A stretch of 64,000 nucleotides of DNA, from NCBI GenBank assembly GCA_951812955.1, contig OX638340.1, positions 1,184,001-1,248,000 of the forward strand, given 5' to 3'. The notes under the pieces are model-generated. The model worked only from the letters and a program-made list of their open reading frames with translations, was not told where the DNA came from and searched no databases. The translations under genes and the position numbers were made by a program. Numbering within the stretch: the first letter of the stretch is position 1; every line of letters begins with the position of its first letter. Shown here in pieces: positions 16,659 through 25,207 of the stretch. Origin of the DNA: an uncultured Gemmatimonadota bacterium (GTDB lineage: Bacteria > JAAXHH01).

Positions 16659-18896
16659 ATGAAGTTCTGCCGGCTCGAAATCTGCAACTGGATGGCCGCG
16701 CTTATACTCCTGTGGACCGCCGCAGGTTGCGCGAGCACACCGAGACCCGTTTCCCATGACGCCGATATCGGAGGCGTGATGGAAGCCGGCAACGCGTCAA
16801 TGCGCAACGGAGACTACGAAAGCGCCATCTCCTTCTACCGCAGGGCATTGGCGATCGACATGACGGATTCTGAAGCCTTCGGGAACCTCGGCGTGGCCTA
16901 CTACTACCTGGAAAGATACGATGATGCGGTCCGGGAGGTATTGCAGGCCGTCGTACTTTCACCCGAAGAGATCAACTGGCGGCTCAACCTGGGTGCGATC
17001 TATACGCGCAGGGATGATCACGAAGGCGCTGCGAGGGCCTATGGCGCCGCCGTCGATATCGCCCGGGACCTGCCGGACGAAAACCGGCATCAGCTACGGA
17101 ATGCCCTGCTCGGCCTGGGGCGGTCGTGTGAAATGGTCGGCTGGTACGACCGGGCGCTTGAGGCCTACGAAGAGGCACTGGTGTTCGGACCCGAGGACAC
17201 GGAACTGCTGACAGGGGCCGGCAACGTGTATTTCCGGCTGGGACGGCTGGACGAGGCCGAAGCGTCTTATCAACGCACGCTGGCGCGGGATTCCACCCAC
17301 ACCGTGGCCAGGTATAACGTGGCCCTAATCTACGCCAGGACGGGACGGTACGAAGAGGCACTCGAACTCTTTGAGGATAATCCCGCGGTGGACAGGCAGC
17401 TGGAAGGCGCCCTGGAAGGGAGTACCGTGAGCGCCGTGGACCGGTCGAAGACGCGCAGCATCACGGCCTATCGCGCCAGGCTCGAGAGAATGGGCGGAAC
17501 GCCGCCCCCCGTCGCCAGGCAGGGGCGCCGAGCGAGCCGGCCGCTGCCCTATATCCACGTGATGGGCGTGTCCTATTACGAGCAAGGTGCATACTTCGAG
17601 GCGATGCAGGCCTTCGAAAAGGCGCTGGAGGAAGACCCGGGGCTTGCGGACGCTCATCTGTATATAGGTAATATCCACGCCAGGCAGAATCGCCATGCGT
17701 CGGCGATCGATGCCTATGAAAAAGCGGTAGATGCCGACGCAGAATTCGCCGAGGCCTATAACAACCTGGGCAGCATGTATGCCAACGTGGACCGGACCGA
17801 AGACGCCATGGCGGCATATAGGAAGGCGCTCTCGCTCAACGATCGATTCTATGACGCCCGGACCAACCTCGGGCTGCTGTATGCAGAGGCCGGGCGACTG
17901 GATGACGCGGTCGACGAGTACATGCAGGTCATCCGGGCCGATGTAGGCATCGCCGAGGTCCACAACAACCTTGGCATGGTGTATCTCAGGCAGGGGAGGT
18001 ATGACGATGCCAGGGAACAGATTGAAAAGGCCATAGCGCTTCACGCCGGCTTTGCGGAAGCCTACAATAACCTCGCGCTTACATACAGCAGGAACATCGT
18101 CCTGGACGATGTGATAGAAACCTGGCGTGAACTCGCGGCCGGGTGGGCGGGTCATGATCGCACGACCGGGACGGTCTACGACTGGCTGCCGCTCCGGCGC
18201 GTTCCCGCCCATTCCTCCGCCGTGGGCGGCGAAGCGAGATCGGCCTACCGCGACGGAGTCGATGCCGCCTTCGCACATGACCTGGACACCGCGATTTCCC
18301 GCTTCGAAGAAGCCCTTGCGATGCGGCCCGGGTGGAGCGCCGCGCGGATGGCCATCGGCGCCGTGTTGCTGGCCCAGGGGAAATGGGACGCGGTGGAATC
18401 AGTAGTCGCAGAAGCCCTGGACCCGGAATCTTCCGATCCGCTGCCCAATGCCATCCTGGCTATCGCGCAGGTATCCGGCGGCGACTACGGCTCGGCACTG
18501 ATGTCCTGGGAAGAATCGGTCCGATTTGCCGCGGAACCGGACAGAACGGCCGCGCGTGAAGCGCTGGAGGCGATGCGTTCGCGTACCGAGGCAGGAGAAA
18601 GCGTGTTGAATGCACTGGACCGGGCCTTGGCGTTGCGGCCGGGCTTTACAACCGCTCATTTCAATATTGGTCTTGTCAATGACCAGTTGCACCGGTACCA
18701 TCAGGGCATTCGAAGCTACAGGGAAGTCGTCCGCCTCGCCCCGGAGCTTGCAGCCGGACATTTCCGTCTTGGTATCGCATACTACCGGTTGGGGGAGTTC
18801 GAAAAGGCCCGGGATTCGATGCGCGAGTACATTCGTCTCTCCGCAGATCCCATGCTGCTCCCCCAGGTAGAAACCTTCTTGAATAAACAGGGGTAG
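16659..18896 (+). CDS. TPR-repeat lipoprotein
   Basis: Signal peptide plus lipobox (LLWTAAGCAST). More than 12 consecutive tetratricopeptide repeats (AxxYxxxG…A patterns: AISFYRRALAID, AFGNLGVAYYYL, AYNNLGSMYANV, etc.). Confidence 0.85.
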   Translation: MKFCRLEICNWMAALILLWTAAGCASTPRPVSHDADIGGVMEAGNASMRNGDYESAISFYRRALAIDMTDSEAFGNLGVAYYYLERYDDAVREVLQAVVLSPEEINWRLNLGAIYTRRDDHEGAARAYGAAVDIARDLPDENRHQLRNALLGLGRSCEMVGWYDRALEAYEEALVFGPEDTELLTGAGNVYFRLGRLDEAEASYQRTLARDSTHTVARYNVALIYARTGRYEEALELFEDNPAVDRQLEGALEGSTVSAVDRSKTRSITAYRARLERMGGTPPPVARQGRRASRPLPYIHVMGVSYYEQGAYFEAMQAFEKALEEDPGLADAHLYIGNIHARQNRHASAIDAYEKAVDADAEFAEAYNNLGSMYANVDRTEDAMAAYRKALSLNDRFYDARTNLGLLYAEAGRLDDAVDEYMQVIRADVGIAEVHNNLGMVYLRQGRYDDAREQIEKAIALHAGFAEAYNNLALTYSRNIVLDDVIETWRELAAGWAGHDRTTGTVYDWLPLRRVPAHSSAVGGEARSAYRDGVDAAFAHDLDTAISRFEEALAMRPGWSAARMAIGAVLLAQGKWDAVESVVAEALDPESSDPLPNAILAIAQVSGGDYGSALMSWEESVRFAAEPDRTAAREALEAMRSRTEAGESVLNALDRALALRPGFTTAHFNIGLVNDQLHRYHQGIRSYREVVRLAPELAAGHFRLGIAYYRLGEFEKARDSMREYIRLSADPMLLPQVETFLNKQG

Positions 18897-18902
18897 TCCG
18901 TA

Positions 18903-18981
18903 CCGATGCGTTCCGGGAACGGTAGTTCGAGCCGATGCGTTCCGGGAACGGCATTCCGCTTCGGTGCGTTCCGGGGACAGG
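18903..18981. repeat. Three tandem 29-bp repeats, each containing the palindrome cgttcc-g-ggaacg, immediately after the TPR gene stop; terminator/REP-like
   Basis: ccgatgcgttccgggaacgg at 18903-18922 and 18932-18951, with a degenerate third copy cggtgcgttccggggacagg at 18962-18981. Confidence 0.6.
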
Positions 18982-18995
18982 AAACCTAAGCGCAT

Positions 18996-19838
18996 ATGAC
19001 CGATAAAACGCTCGAACAAGTCGTACTCGAAAGGCCGTTTCCCGAATATGCCGCCTGGTGGCAGGTAGGCAACGAATTCACCACGTTCATGTCCGATGCC
19101 ATTGTCAGCGAATGGAAGGCGCTAGACCCGCACGACGATGGGTTTACGGACGTCGAGGCAGACGCCGATTCATATATACGGACGGTGTACGGCAGGCCGG
19201 CCAGGCGTGGATTGCTGGAGTCCTTTGTTCGTCCCGACGGTGAAACGACTTTGCAGTCCGGCGAATTCGACGCGCTTTCCTACGCGTTTTACCGGTCGGC
19301 CTTCCAGCTGATCGAAAGGCATGCCGATCGCTACGATTACTCACTGGAGCGTGAACGCCGCCTGTTTACCATACGGGTGGGGAAGTTGTTCTTCGACCGC
19401 CTAAGGTGCTACCTCGCGCTGGACCTGCCAGATGACCTGGCCAGGCAGGACCGGCTCGACCAACTGTCCAGCGGCATCGACCGCATTGGCCGTTTCCTGC
19501 ACGACCAGGGATACCTCCGCAGTCATTTCGCATTCCGTTTCGACGTAGATATCGAGCATGGCGGCGCGCGGATTGCTCAGCAAGCCCATGACGTTATTCG
19601 TTGCCTGCATCAGAATCAACCGGCCTATGCGTTGTACGAGATGGGTTATCCCGTGATTCTTCCGTCTGCGGTCTATCTTTACCACACGATCGGCGAGGCG
19701 CAGCATCATTCTTCCCGAACCATCGAGAACCTGTTCGGCGCGGTAGGCTACGACGCCAGGGAGACGGACGACTTCGATCCCATCGGCTATCCTGCCGACA
19801 TGGTAGTCGAACTCTGGGAAATACGAAGAATCGGATGA
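18996..19838 (+). CDS. Hypothetical protein (280 aa), probably co-transcribed with the downstream oxygenase
   Basis: Long ORF at host GC with no recognisable family. A 53-nt gap separates it from the next gene on the same strand. Confidence 0.45.
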   Translation: MTDKTLEQVVLERPFPEYAAWWQVGNEFTTFMSDAIVSEWKALDPHDDGFTDVEADADSYIRTVYGRPARRGLLESFVRPDGETTLQSGEFDALSYAFYRSAFQLIERHADRYDYSLERERRLFTIRVGKLFFDRLRCYLALDLPDDLARQDRLDQLSSGIDRIGRFLHDQGYLRSHFAFRFDVDIEHGGARIAQQAHDVIRCLHQNQPAYALYEMGYPVILPSAVYLYHTIGEAQHHSSRTIENLFGAVGYDARETDDFDPIGYPADMVVELWEIRRIG

Positions 19839-19891
19839 GAACCCGTGCGGACCGTACCGGTTTTGCCCGTGCCCGTGAGAGGATCAGGACC

Positions 19892-20734
19892 ATGAAACCC
19901 GTGCGTCCCGCCGCCCTGGTCGACGTCGGCCGGTACCCGATGGATAACCTGGACGGTCCTTCCGGTACGGAGTTCCTCGCGTCCTGCCGATCCGAGCTGC
20001 AGGAGAAGTCCATCTGCGTGCTTGAGGGTTTCGTGAAGCCACATGCGCTGGCCGGCATGGTGAAGGAGACCCGCGCCCTGATCCCGCTGGGCTATTACTA
20101 TGACAGGCCACGCACAAGCTACGAGGGGAACGACTACGTTGACCGGAACTGGCCCTCCGACCATCCCAGGACGGTCGAGCACACAAACAGGTACCGGCAG
20201 GTCCTGAACTACCAGATACCCAATGACAGCCTCGTACGCAGTGTATTTCACTGGCCGGCGCTGACCGAATTCGTGCGAAGGATACTGGGATTCGATACAC
20301 TGTATACGTGCGCCTGTCCCCACCTTGCCCTGACCCTGCAGATCGCCATGGAAGGCGACAGCAACGGGTGGCACTACGATTCCAACAACGGGAACATCAC
20401 GCTGTTGATCCAGGAGCCCGATTCCGGTGGGGAGTTCGAATACGTACCCGGCCTTCGGGAGGACCACGACGAGCACTACGACGACGTGCGCGCCGTCTTC
20501 GAAGCGCCTCGGCGCCACGCTCGCCGCACTGACATCCGGCCGGGCACACTCGTGCTGTTCAACGGCAAGTACGCGCTGCACCGGGTTGCTCCGGTCGGAC
20601 CGACGAAACGGCCCCGGATCATCGCGATCTTCAGCTACGACAGGCGCCCGGACAAGCTATTCTCCCGAGACTACATCGACATGGTGCGCAGCTTCAGGCA
20701 GGACGCGGAAACGGGGCTTAACCCGAGACCGTAA
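19892..20734 (+). CDS. Fe(II)/2-oxoglutarate-dependent oxygenase family protein
   Basis: HxD…H facial triad: WHYDSNNGNITLLIQEPDSGGEFEYVPG followed by LVLFNGKYALHRVAPV. GAGAGGA RBS upstream of ATG 19892. The track ORF from 19601 overlaps the upstream gene and is rejected as the start. Confidence 0.6.
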   Translation: MKPVRPAALVDVGRYPMDNLDGPSGTEFLASCRSELQEKSICVLEGFVKPHALAGMVKETRALIPLGYYYDRPRTSYEGNDYVDRNWPSDHPRTVEHTNRYRQVLNYQIPNDSLVRSVFHWPALTEFVRRILGFDTLYTCACPHLALTLQIAMEGDSNGWHYDSNNGNITLLIQEPDSGGEFEYVPGLREDHDEHYDDVRAVFEAPRRHARRTDIRPGTLVLFNGKYALHRVAPVGPTKRPRIIAIFSYDRRPDKLFSRDYIDMVRSFRQDAETGLNPRP

Positions 20735-20776
20735 AGAGTAGACTCCTGAATCCGCACAAGCCGGTAATTCCTGGCC

Positions 20777-22168
20777 ATGACCTTCATAGAACCCTACGTA
20801 GTCGCCTTTTCCAACCTGGTGTGGTCATACGTATTCTATCTGATCATCGGCGGCGGGGCGCTGCTGTTGCTTTACAGCCGCTTCGCGCCGTTCCGGTACG
20901 TGAAACACGCCTTCGACCTGGTCCGCGGCAGGTACGATGATCCTGCCGACCCAGGGGACGTTTCCCACTTCAAAGCGCTCGTCAGCGCCCTCTCCGCCAC
21001 GATTGGCATGGGAAACATTTCAGGCGTCGCCATCGCCATCTCCACGGGAGGCCCCGGAGCGATTTTCTGGATGTGGGTCAGCGCCTTCGTCGGCATGGCT
21101 ACCAAGTTCTTTACCTGTTCGCTGGCCATCATGTACCGGGCGCGAGACACCGCGGGACGCATACAAGGCGGTCCGATGTACGTGATTTCGGAAGGCCTGG
21201 GGAGCGCCTGGAAACCCCTGGCTTTCCTCTTCGCCGTAGCCGGCGTCATCGGATGTCTCCCGCTCCTGCAACCCAACCAGTTGATACAGATTTTCCGGGA
21301 CGTCGTGTTCTCGTCCTACTTGTCTCCCGGAGATGGCCACTTCCAATTCGATCTCATCGCGGGTGTGGTTCTGTCCGTCCTGGTAGCGGCAGTGATTTTC
21401 GGCGGAATCACCCGCATTGCGGAAGTGGCTTCCCGCGCCGTTCCCGCCATGGTGGTTCTCTACATGGTCTCGACGCTTTGGATTATCCTGAACAACCTGG
21501 ACGAGGTGCCCCGGTACCTGTCTCTTATTCTTACCGATGCATTCACCGGGACCGCGGTGGCGGGTGGCCTGGTCGGTACGACCATCGTCACCGGGGTCCG
21601 TCGCGCGGCGTTTTCCAACGAGGCCGGCATAGGCACGGAAGCGCTGGCCCACGGCGCCGCCAAGACCGACGAGCCGGTTCGGGAAGGCCTCGTCGCCATG
21701 GTGGGGCCGGTCATCGATACGATGATCGTTTGTACCTGCACGGCCCTTGTCATCCTGATGACCGGAGTATGGCGGACCACATCGGACGACGGAGTAACGC
21801 TCACCGCCGGCGCGTTCGAAGCCGCCATGCCCGGTTATGGTGCGTACATCCTGACCGTATGCGTGTTTTTCTTCGCCGTTACCACGCTGTTGACCTACTC
21901 CTACTACGGCGCCAAGTGCCTGAGCTTTCTGATCGGCGCCCGGTATGCAAAGTACTATAACGTGGCCTATGTCATCTTCGTCGTGGTCGCCTCCGTCGCC
22001 TCGATTGACGCGGTGATCAGTTTCGCCGACGCCCTGTTCGCCCTCATGGCGATTCCGACCATGACTTCCGCCTTGCGTCTCGCTCCTGCGGTAATGAACG
22101 CTTTCCGAAGGTACAACGCCTCTTCGACGCACGGCAGAAAGAAGTCAGTAAGACCTTCCGCTGTATAG
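20777..22168 (+). CDS. Alanine/glycine:cation symporter (AGCS family) amino-acid carrier
   Basis: VSHFKALVSALSATIGMGNISGVAIAISTGGPGAIFWMW matches the AGCS signature region. Polytopic membrane protein. Confidence 0.88.
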   Translation: MTFIEPYVVAFSNLVWSYVFYLIIGGGALLLLYSRFAPFRYVKHAFDLVRGRYDDPADPGDVSHFKALVSALSATIGMGNISGVAIAISTGGPGAIFWMWVSAFVGMATKFFTCSLAIMYRARDTAGRIQGGPMYVISEGLGSAWKPLAFLFAVAGVIGCLPLLQPNQLIQIFRDVVFSSYLSPGDGHFQFDLIAGVVLSVLVAAVIFGGITRIAEVASRAVPAMVVLYMVSTLWIILNNLDEVPRYLSLILTDAFTGTAVAGGLVGTTIVTGVRRAAFSNEAGIGTEALAHGAAKTDEPVREGLVAMVGPVIDTMIVCTCTALVILMTGVWRTTSDDGVTLTAGAFEAAMPGYGAYILTVCVFFFAVTTLLTYSYYGAKCLSFLIGARYAKYYNVAYVIFVVVASVASIDAVISFADALFALMAIPTMTSALRLAPAVMNAFRRYNASSTHGRKKSVRPSAV

Positions 22169-22356
22169 CCTTATAAATCCCGGTAAAAGGCAGATTTGGA
22201 AACTCCCACTCTATCCTGCTCATTACTTAAAAAAAACAACATTTTGTATTGGCAACTTTAACATTAGTCGCCATATTGCAATTACTGGTTATTCACCACA
22301 CCATTTACCCACACTACGAGGGGGGAGGCGTTACATCGAATCCACCATTCACGAGT
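22169..22356. promoter_or_regulatory. AT-rich leader/promoter region upstream of the tandem TonB-dependent receptor genes
   Basis: ~190 nt at <40% GC (…cattacttaaaaaaaacaacattttgtattggcaactttaacattagtcgccatattgcaattactgg…) in a ~65% GC genome. AAGGAG RBS at 22357-22362, 8 nt before ATG 22370. Confidence 0.4.
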
Positions 22357-22369
22357 AAGGAGAATTGCC

Positions 22370-25174
22370 ATGATACACCGTAGGTTTATTTCCTGGATTG
22401 CGCTTGCGCTGTTTGCTCTGGTCTCGACCGATGCCATCGCACAGCAAGATCAGGAAATGGAAGAGATCGATTTCGTCGCCGAAGAAGTGACCGTTACCGG
22501 TTCCCGCATCAGGGGCGAAGCCGCAGAATCTACCGCACCCGTTATAATCCTCGCTAAAACACAGATTCAGGAGTTGGGGCTCGCGTCCATCGGCGACGTG
22601 CTCCAGACCCTGACCGTCCAATCCAACGCCATCAACACCCAGGCCAACAACGGCGGAGACGGATCCACTCGGATCAGCCTTCGCGGACTGGGCTCTACCC
22701 GAACATTAGTACTGGTCAACGGCCGCCGTTTCGTGCCGGGCGGCACCGGGGCGAACTCGTCCGTCGATCTGAACTCCATACCCGCGTCCGTGATCGAACG
22801 AATCGAGGTGCTTAAAGACGGCGCCTCGGCCGTGTATGGTTCCGATGCCATCGGAGGTGTCGTAAACGTTATTACGCGGTCCGACCTGGAAGGCGTGGAG
22901 TTCGAGTACTACCAGGGCGTTTCGGGCGCGGGCGACGGTGACGTGATCGACGCGAGCATAACCGCCGGCTTGCGAAGCGGCCGGGGGAGTATCCTGTTCT
23001 CCGCCGGGTACCACAACCGCAAACCGGTCTGGACCGGCGACCGCGATTTCAGCGCGGCGGACAAGAGCTATGACTGGGGTGCGAACGACGGAACCTTCAC
23101 CACCAGCGGCAGTTCGGCCACGCCCGAAGGAACCATTATCGACCGTTTGGGTGAGGAGGGCAACGCGGCCTGGCAGGCGATTGTTGACAGGGCCGGGGAA
23201 GACGCTGGAGTCTACTTTAACGCACCATCCGGTGGGTGGCGTCCCTTCAACTTCTCGGGAAACTCGCTGGACGGGACAGGCGACCTGTACAACTACCAGC
23301 CGGCGAACTACCTGTACACGCCGCAGACAAGGTACTCCGCGTTTCTAAGTGGCAATTACCTTTTCAACGATAATCTGAGCGGGTTTTTCGAGGTGTCGTA
23401 CACTAACCGGCAATCGGACCAGAAGCTAGCGCCGACTCCTCTGTTTATCTTCTTCGAAGATGATGTCTCGGTGTCAGAGGAAAACCAATACAACGAATAT
23501 GGCCGCGACTTCTTGGACGTCCGACGGAGATTCGTCGAAGCGAGCAACCGCAACTTCCTGCAGGACCTCGACACTTACCGGATCGTCCTCGGACTGGATC
23601 ACGAATTCAGAGGATTTACCGGAGACCTGGCCTTTTCCTATGGCCGCACCAGCGGAACCAACATAAACGAGGGCCGGTTCATCCTGAGCAATGTAAGGAA
23701 AGCGCTGGGACCTGATTCGGAGTGTGTGGCGCCCTGCGTACCCCTCGACCTGCTGCACGGGCCCGGTACAATCACGGAGGATATGCTTAAGTACATTCAA
23801 TACACCGGCATCGCCAGGGGTTATACGAAGCAGAGAATCCTGCAGTACAACCTGACCGGTGACCTGTATGAATTGCCGGCGGGACCCCTTGCCGTGGCCG
23901 TAGGTGCATCGTCCAGGTGGGAAGCGGGTGGCGCTATTCCCGATCCCATTACCGCCACGGGCAACACCACGGGCAACAAGGAAGAAGCGACCGAGGGCGA
24001 CTACTCGGTCCGCGCAGTTTACGCCGAGACCAGCATTCCTGTGTATCAGAACGAGATGGGCGGCCTGGACATTACGGCCGCGGGCCGTCTTTTCAACTAC
24101 GACACCTTCGGTACGGACTTCACGTACGAGGCGGGCGCCCGGCTCGAACTCCCACGGGGCCTGGCCTTCCGTTCGACCTTCTCAAAGGCATTTCGTGCAC
24201 CGAGCGTCGCCGAGATGTTCCTGGGACAGAGCGACAGCTTCCCGCTGGTCAGCGATCCGTGCAGCGTCGTGGACGAGGCCGGCAACCCGCGCAACCTGTC
24301 TTCGCAGCAGAGGAGCAACTGCGCGTCCGCGGGGGTACCTGCGGATTTTGAAGACACCAGGGCACAGCTCAGGGCCCGGATCGGTGGCTCCACCGATCTC
24401 GATCCCGAACGAGCCAACACGGTCACGGCCGGCGTGGTGTACCAGCCCGAGTTCATGGAAAACCTCGATGTCGCAGTCAGTTACTACGCCACAAAGATCG
24501 AGGACGAAATTGGAGCACTCGGCGCGGGTCTGATCCTGAGCAACTGCTACTCCCAGGACAGCCCGACGGACTGCGACAAAGTCCAGCGTGACCAGAGCGG
24601 AGTGATCAGAAACATCTTCTCGACCGCCACCAACATCGGCGAGACGGAAACCAATGGGCTGGACTTCGAACTGAATTACTTCGAAGACACGCCCCTCGGC
24701 CTGCTCTCGGCACGGCTCGAATCCAATTACCTCTTCGCCTACGACGTGTACCTGCCCATACCGGGTGGTTTCGAACTGGTCCAAGGCAGAGGGTATTACG
24801 ACCTGGGTGTGTACCCCACCTGGCGGCACAACGCCAACGTCGGGTTGAAGTGGAGCCGCACATCGGCGGGTGTGACTTGGCAGTACACCGGTGGATTTCA
24901 GGAGTGCGAAGACGATGACTGCAAGGGCCTGTACCGCGACGACGTCGAAACGTCCCCGACGGTCCGGGACGTGGATGCGAACCACCTCTTCGGCATCCAG
25001 GGGTCCTACCGGTTGTTTTCACGGGCAGGCGGCTCCATAATAACGGTCGGTGTCAACAACGTGTTCGACACGGCGCCCTCGGTGATCTTCAACGGGTTCC
25101 TGGGCACGTCTGACGCGTCGACGTACGACTTTCTGGGCAGGTACCTGTACATCCGTCTGTCCCACTTTTTGTAG
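22370..25174 (+). CDS. TonB-dependent outer-membrane receptor
   Basis: Signal peptide. TonB box/plug (EEVTVTGSRIRGE…TRISLRGLGSTRTLVLVNGRRFVPGG…IERIEVLKDGASAVYGSDAIGGVVNVIT). Long beta-barrel ending in an aromatic C-terminus (YLYIRLSHFL). Confidence 0.9.
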   Translation: MIHRRFISWIALALFALVSTDAIAQQDQEMEEIDFVAEEVTVTGSRIRGEAAESTAPVIILAKTQIQELGLASIGDVLQTLTVQSNAINTQANNGGDGSTRISLRGLGSTRTLVLVNGRRFVPGGTGANSSVDLNSIPASVIERIEVLKDGASAVYGSDAIGGVVNVITRSDLEGVEFEYYQGVSGAGDGDVIDASITAGLRSGRGSILFSAGYHNRKPVWTGDRDFSAADKSYDWGANDGTFTTSGSSATPEGTIIDRLGEEGNAAWQAIVDRAGEDAGVYFNAPSGGWRPFNFSGNSLDGTGDLYNYQPANYLYTPQTRYSAFLSGNYLFNDNLSGFFEVSYTNRQSDQKLAPTPLFIFFEDDVSVSEENQYNEYGRDFLDVRRRFVEASNRNFLQDLDTYRIVLGLDHEFRGFTGDLAFSYGRTSGTNINEGRFILSNVRKALGPDSECVAPCVPLDLLHGPGTITEDMLKYIQYTGIARGYTKQRILQYNLTGDLYELPAGPLAVAVGASSRWEAGGAIPDPITATGNTTGNKEEATEGDYSVRAVYAETSIPVYQNEMGGLDITAAGRLFNYDTFGTDFTYEAGARLELPRGLAFRSTFSKAFRAPSVAEMFLGQSDSFPLVSDPCSVVDEAGNPRNLSSQQRSNCASAGVPADFEDTRAQLRARIGGSTDLDPERANTVTAGVVYQPEFMENLDVAVSYYATKIEDEIGALGAGLILSNCYSQDSPTDCDKVQRDQSGVIRNIFSTATNIGETETNGLDFELNYFEDTPLGLLSARLESNYLFAYDVYLPIPGGFELVQGRGYYDLGVYPTWRHNANVGLKWSRTSAGVTWQYTGGFQECEDDDCKGLYRDDVETSPTVRDVDANHLFGIQGSYRLFSRAGGSIITVGVNNVFDTAPSVIFNGFLGTSDASTYDFLGRYLYIRLSHFL

Positions 25175-25207
25175 TCTGCACGAACTGTAAACCGACAGGT
25201 CCCGGTC

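Noticed and set aside
19601-19891. N-terminal extension of the 2OG oxygenase ORF
   Set aside because: It overlaps the upstream gene in another frame by ~240 nt. A good RBS and an ATG at 19892 give a normal-length oxygenase.
21020-22132. 370-aa ORF on the - strand
   Set aside because: It is antisense to the well-supported AGCS transporter gene, Arg/Gly-rich, and typical of high-GC shadow ORFs.
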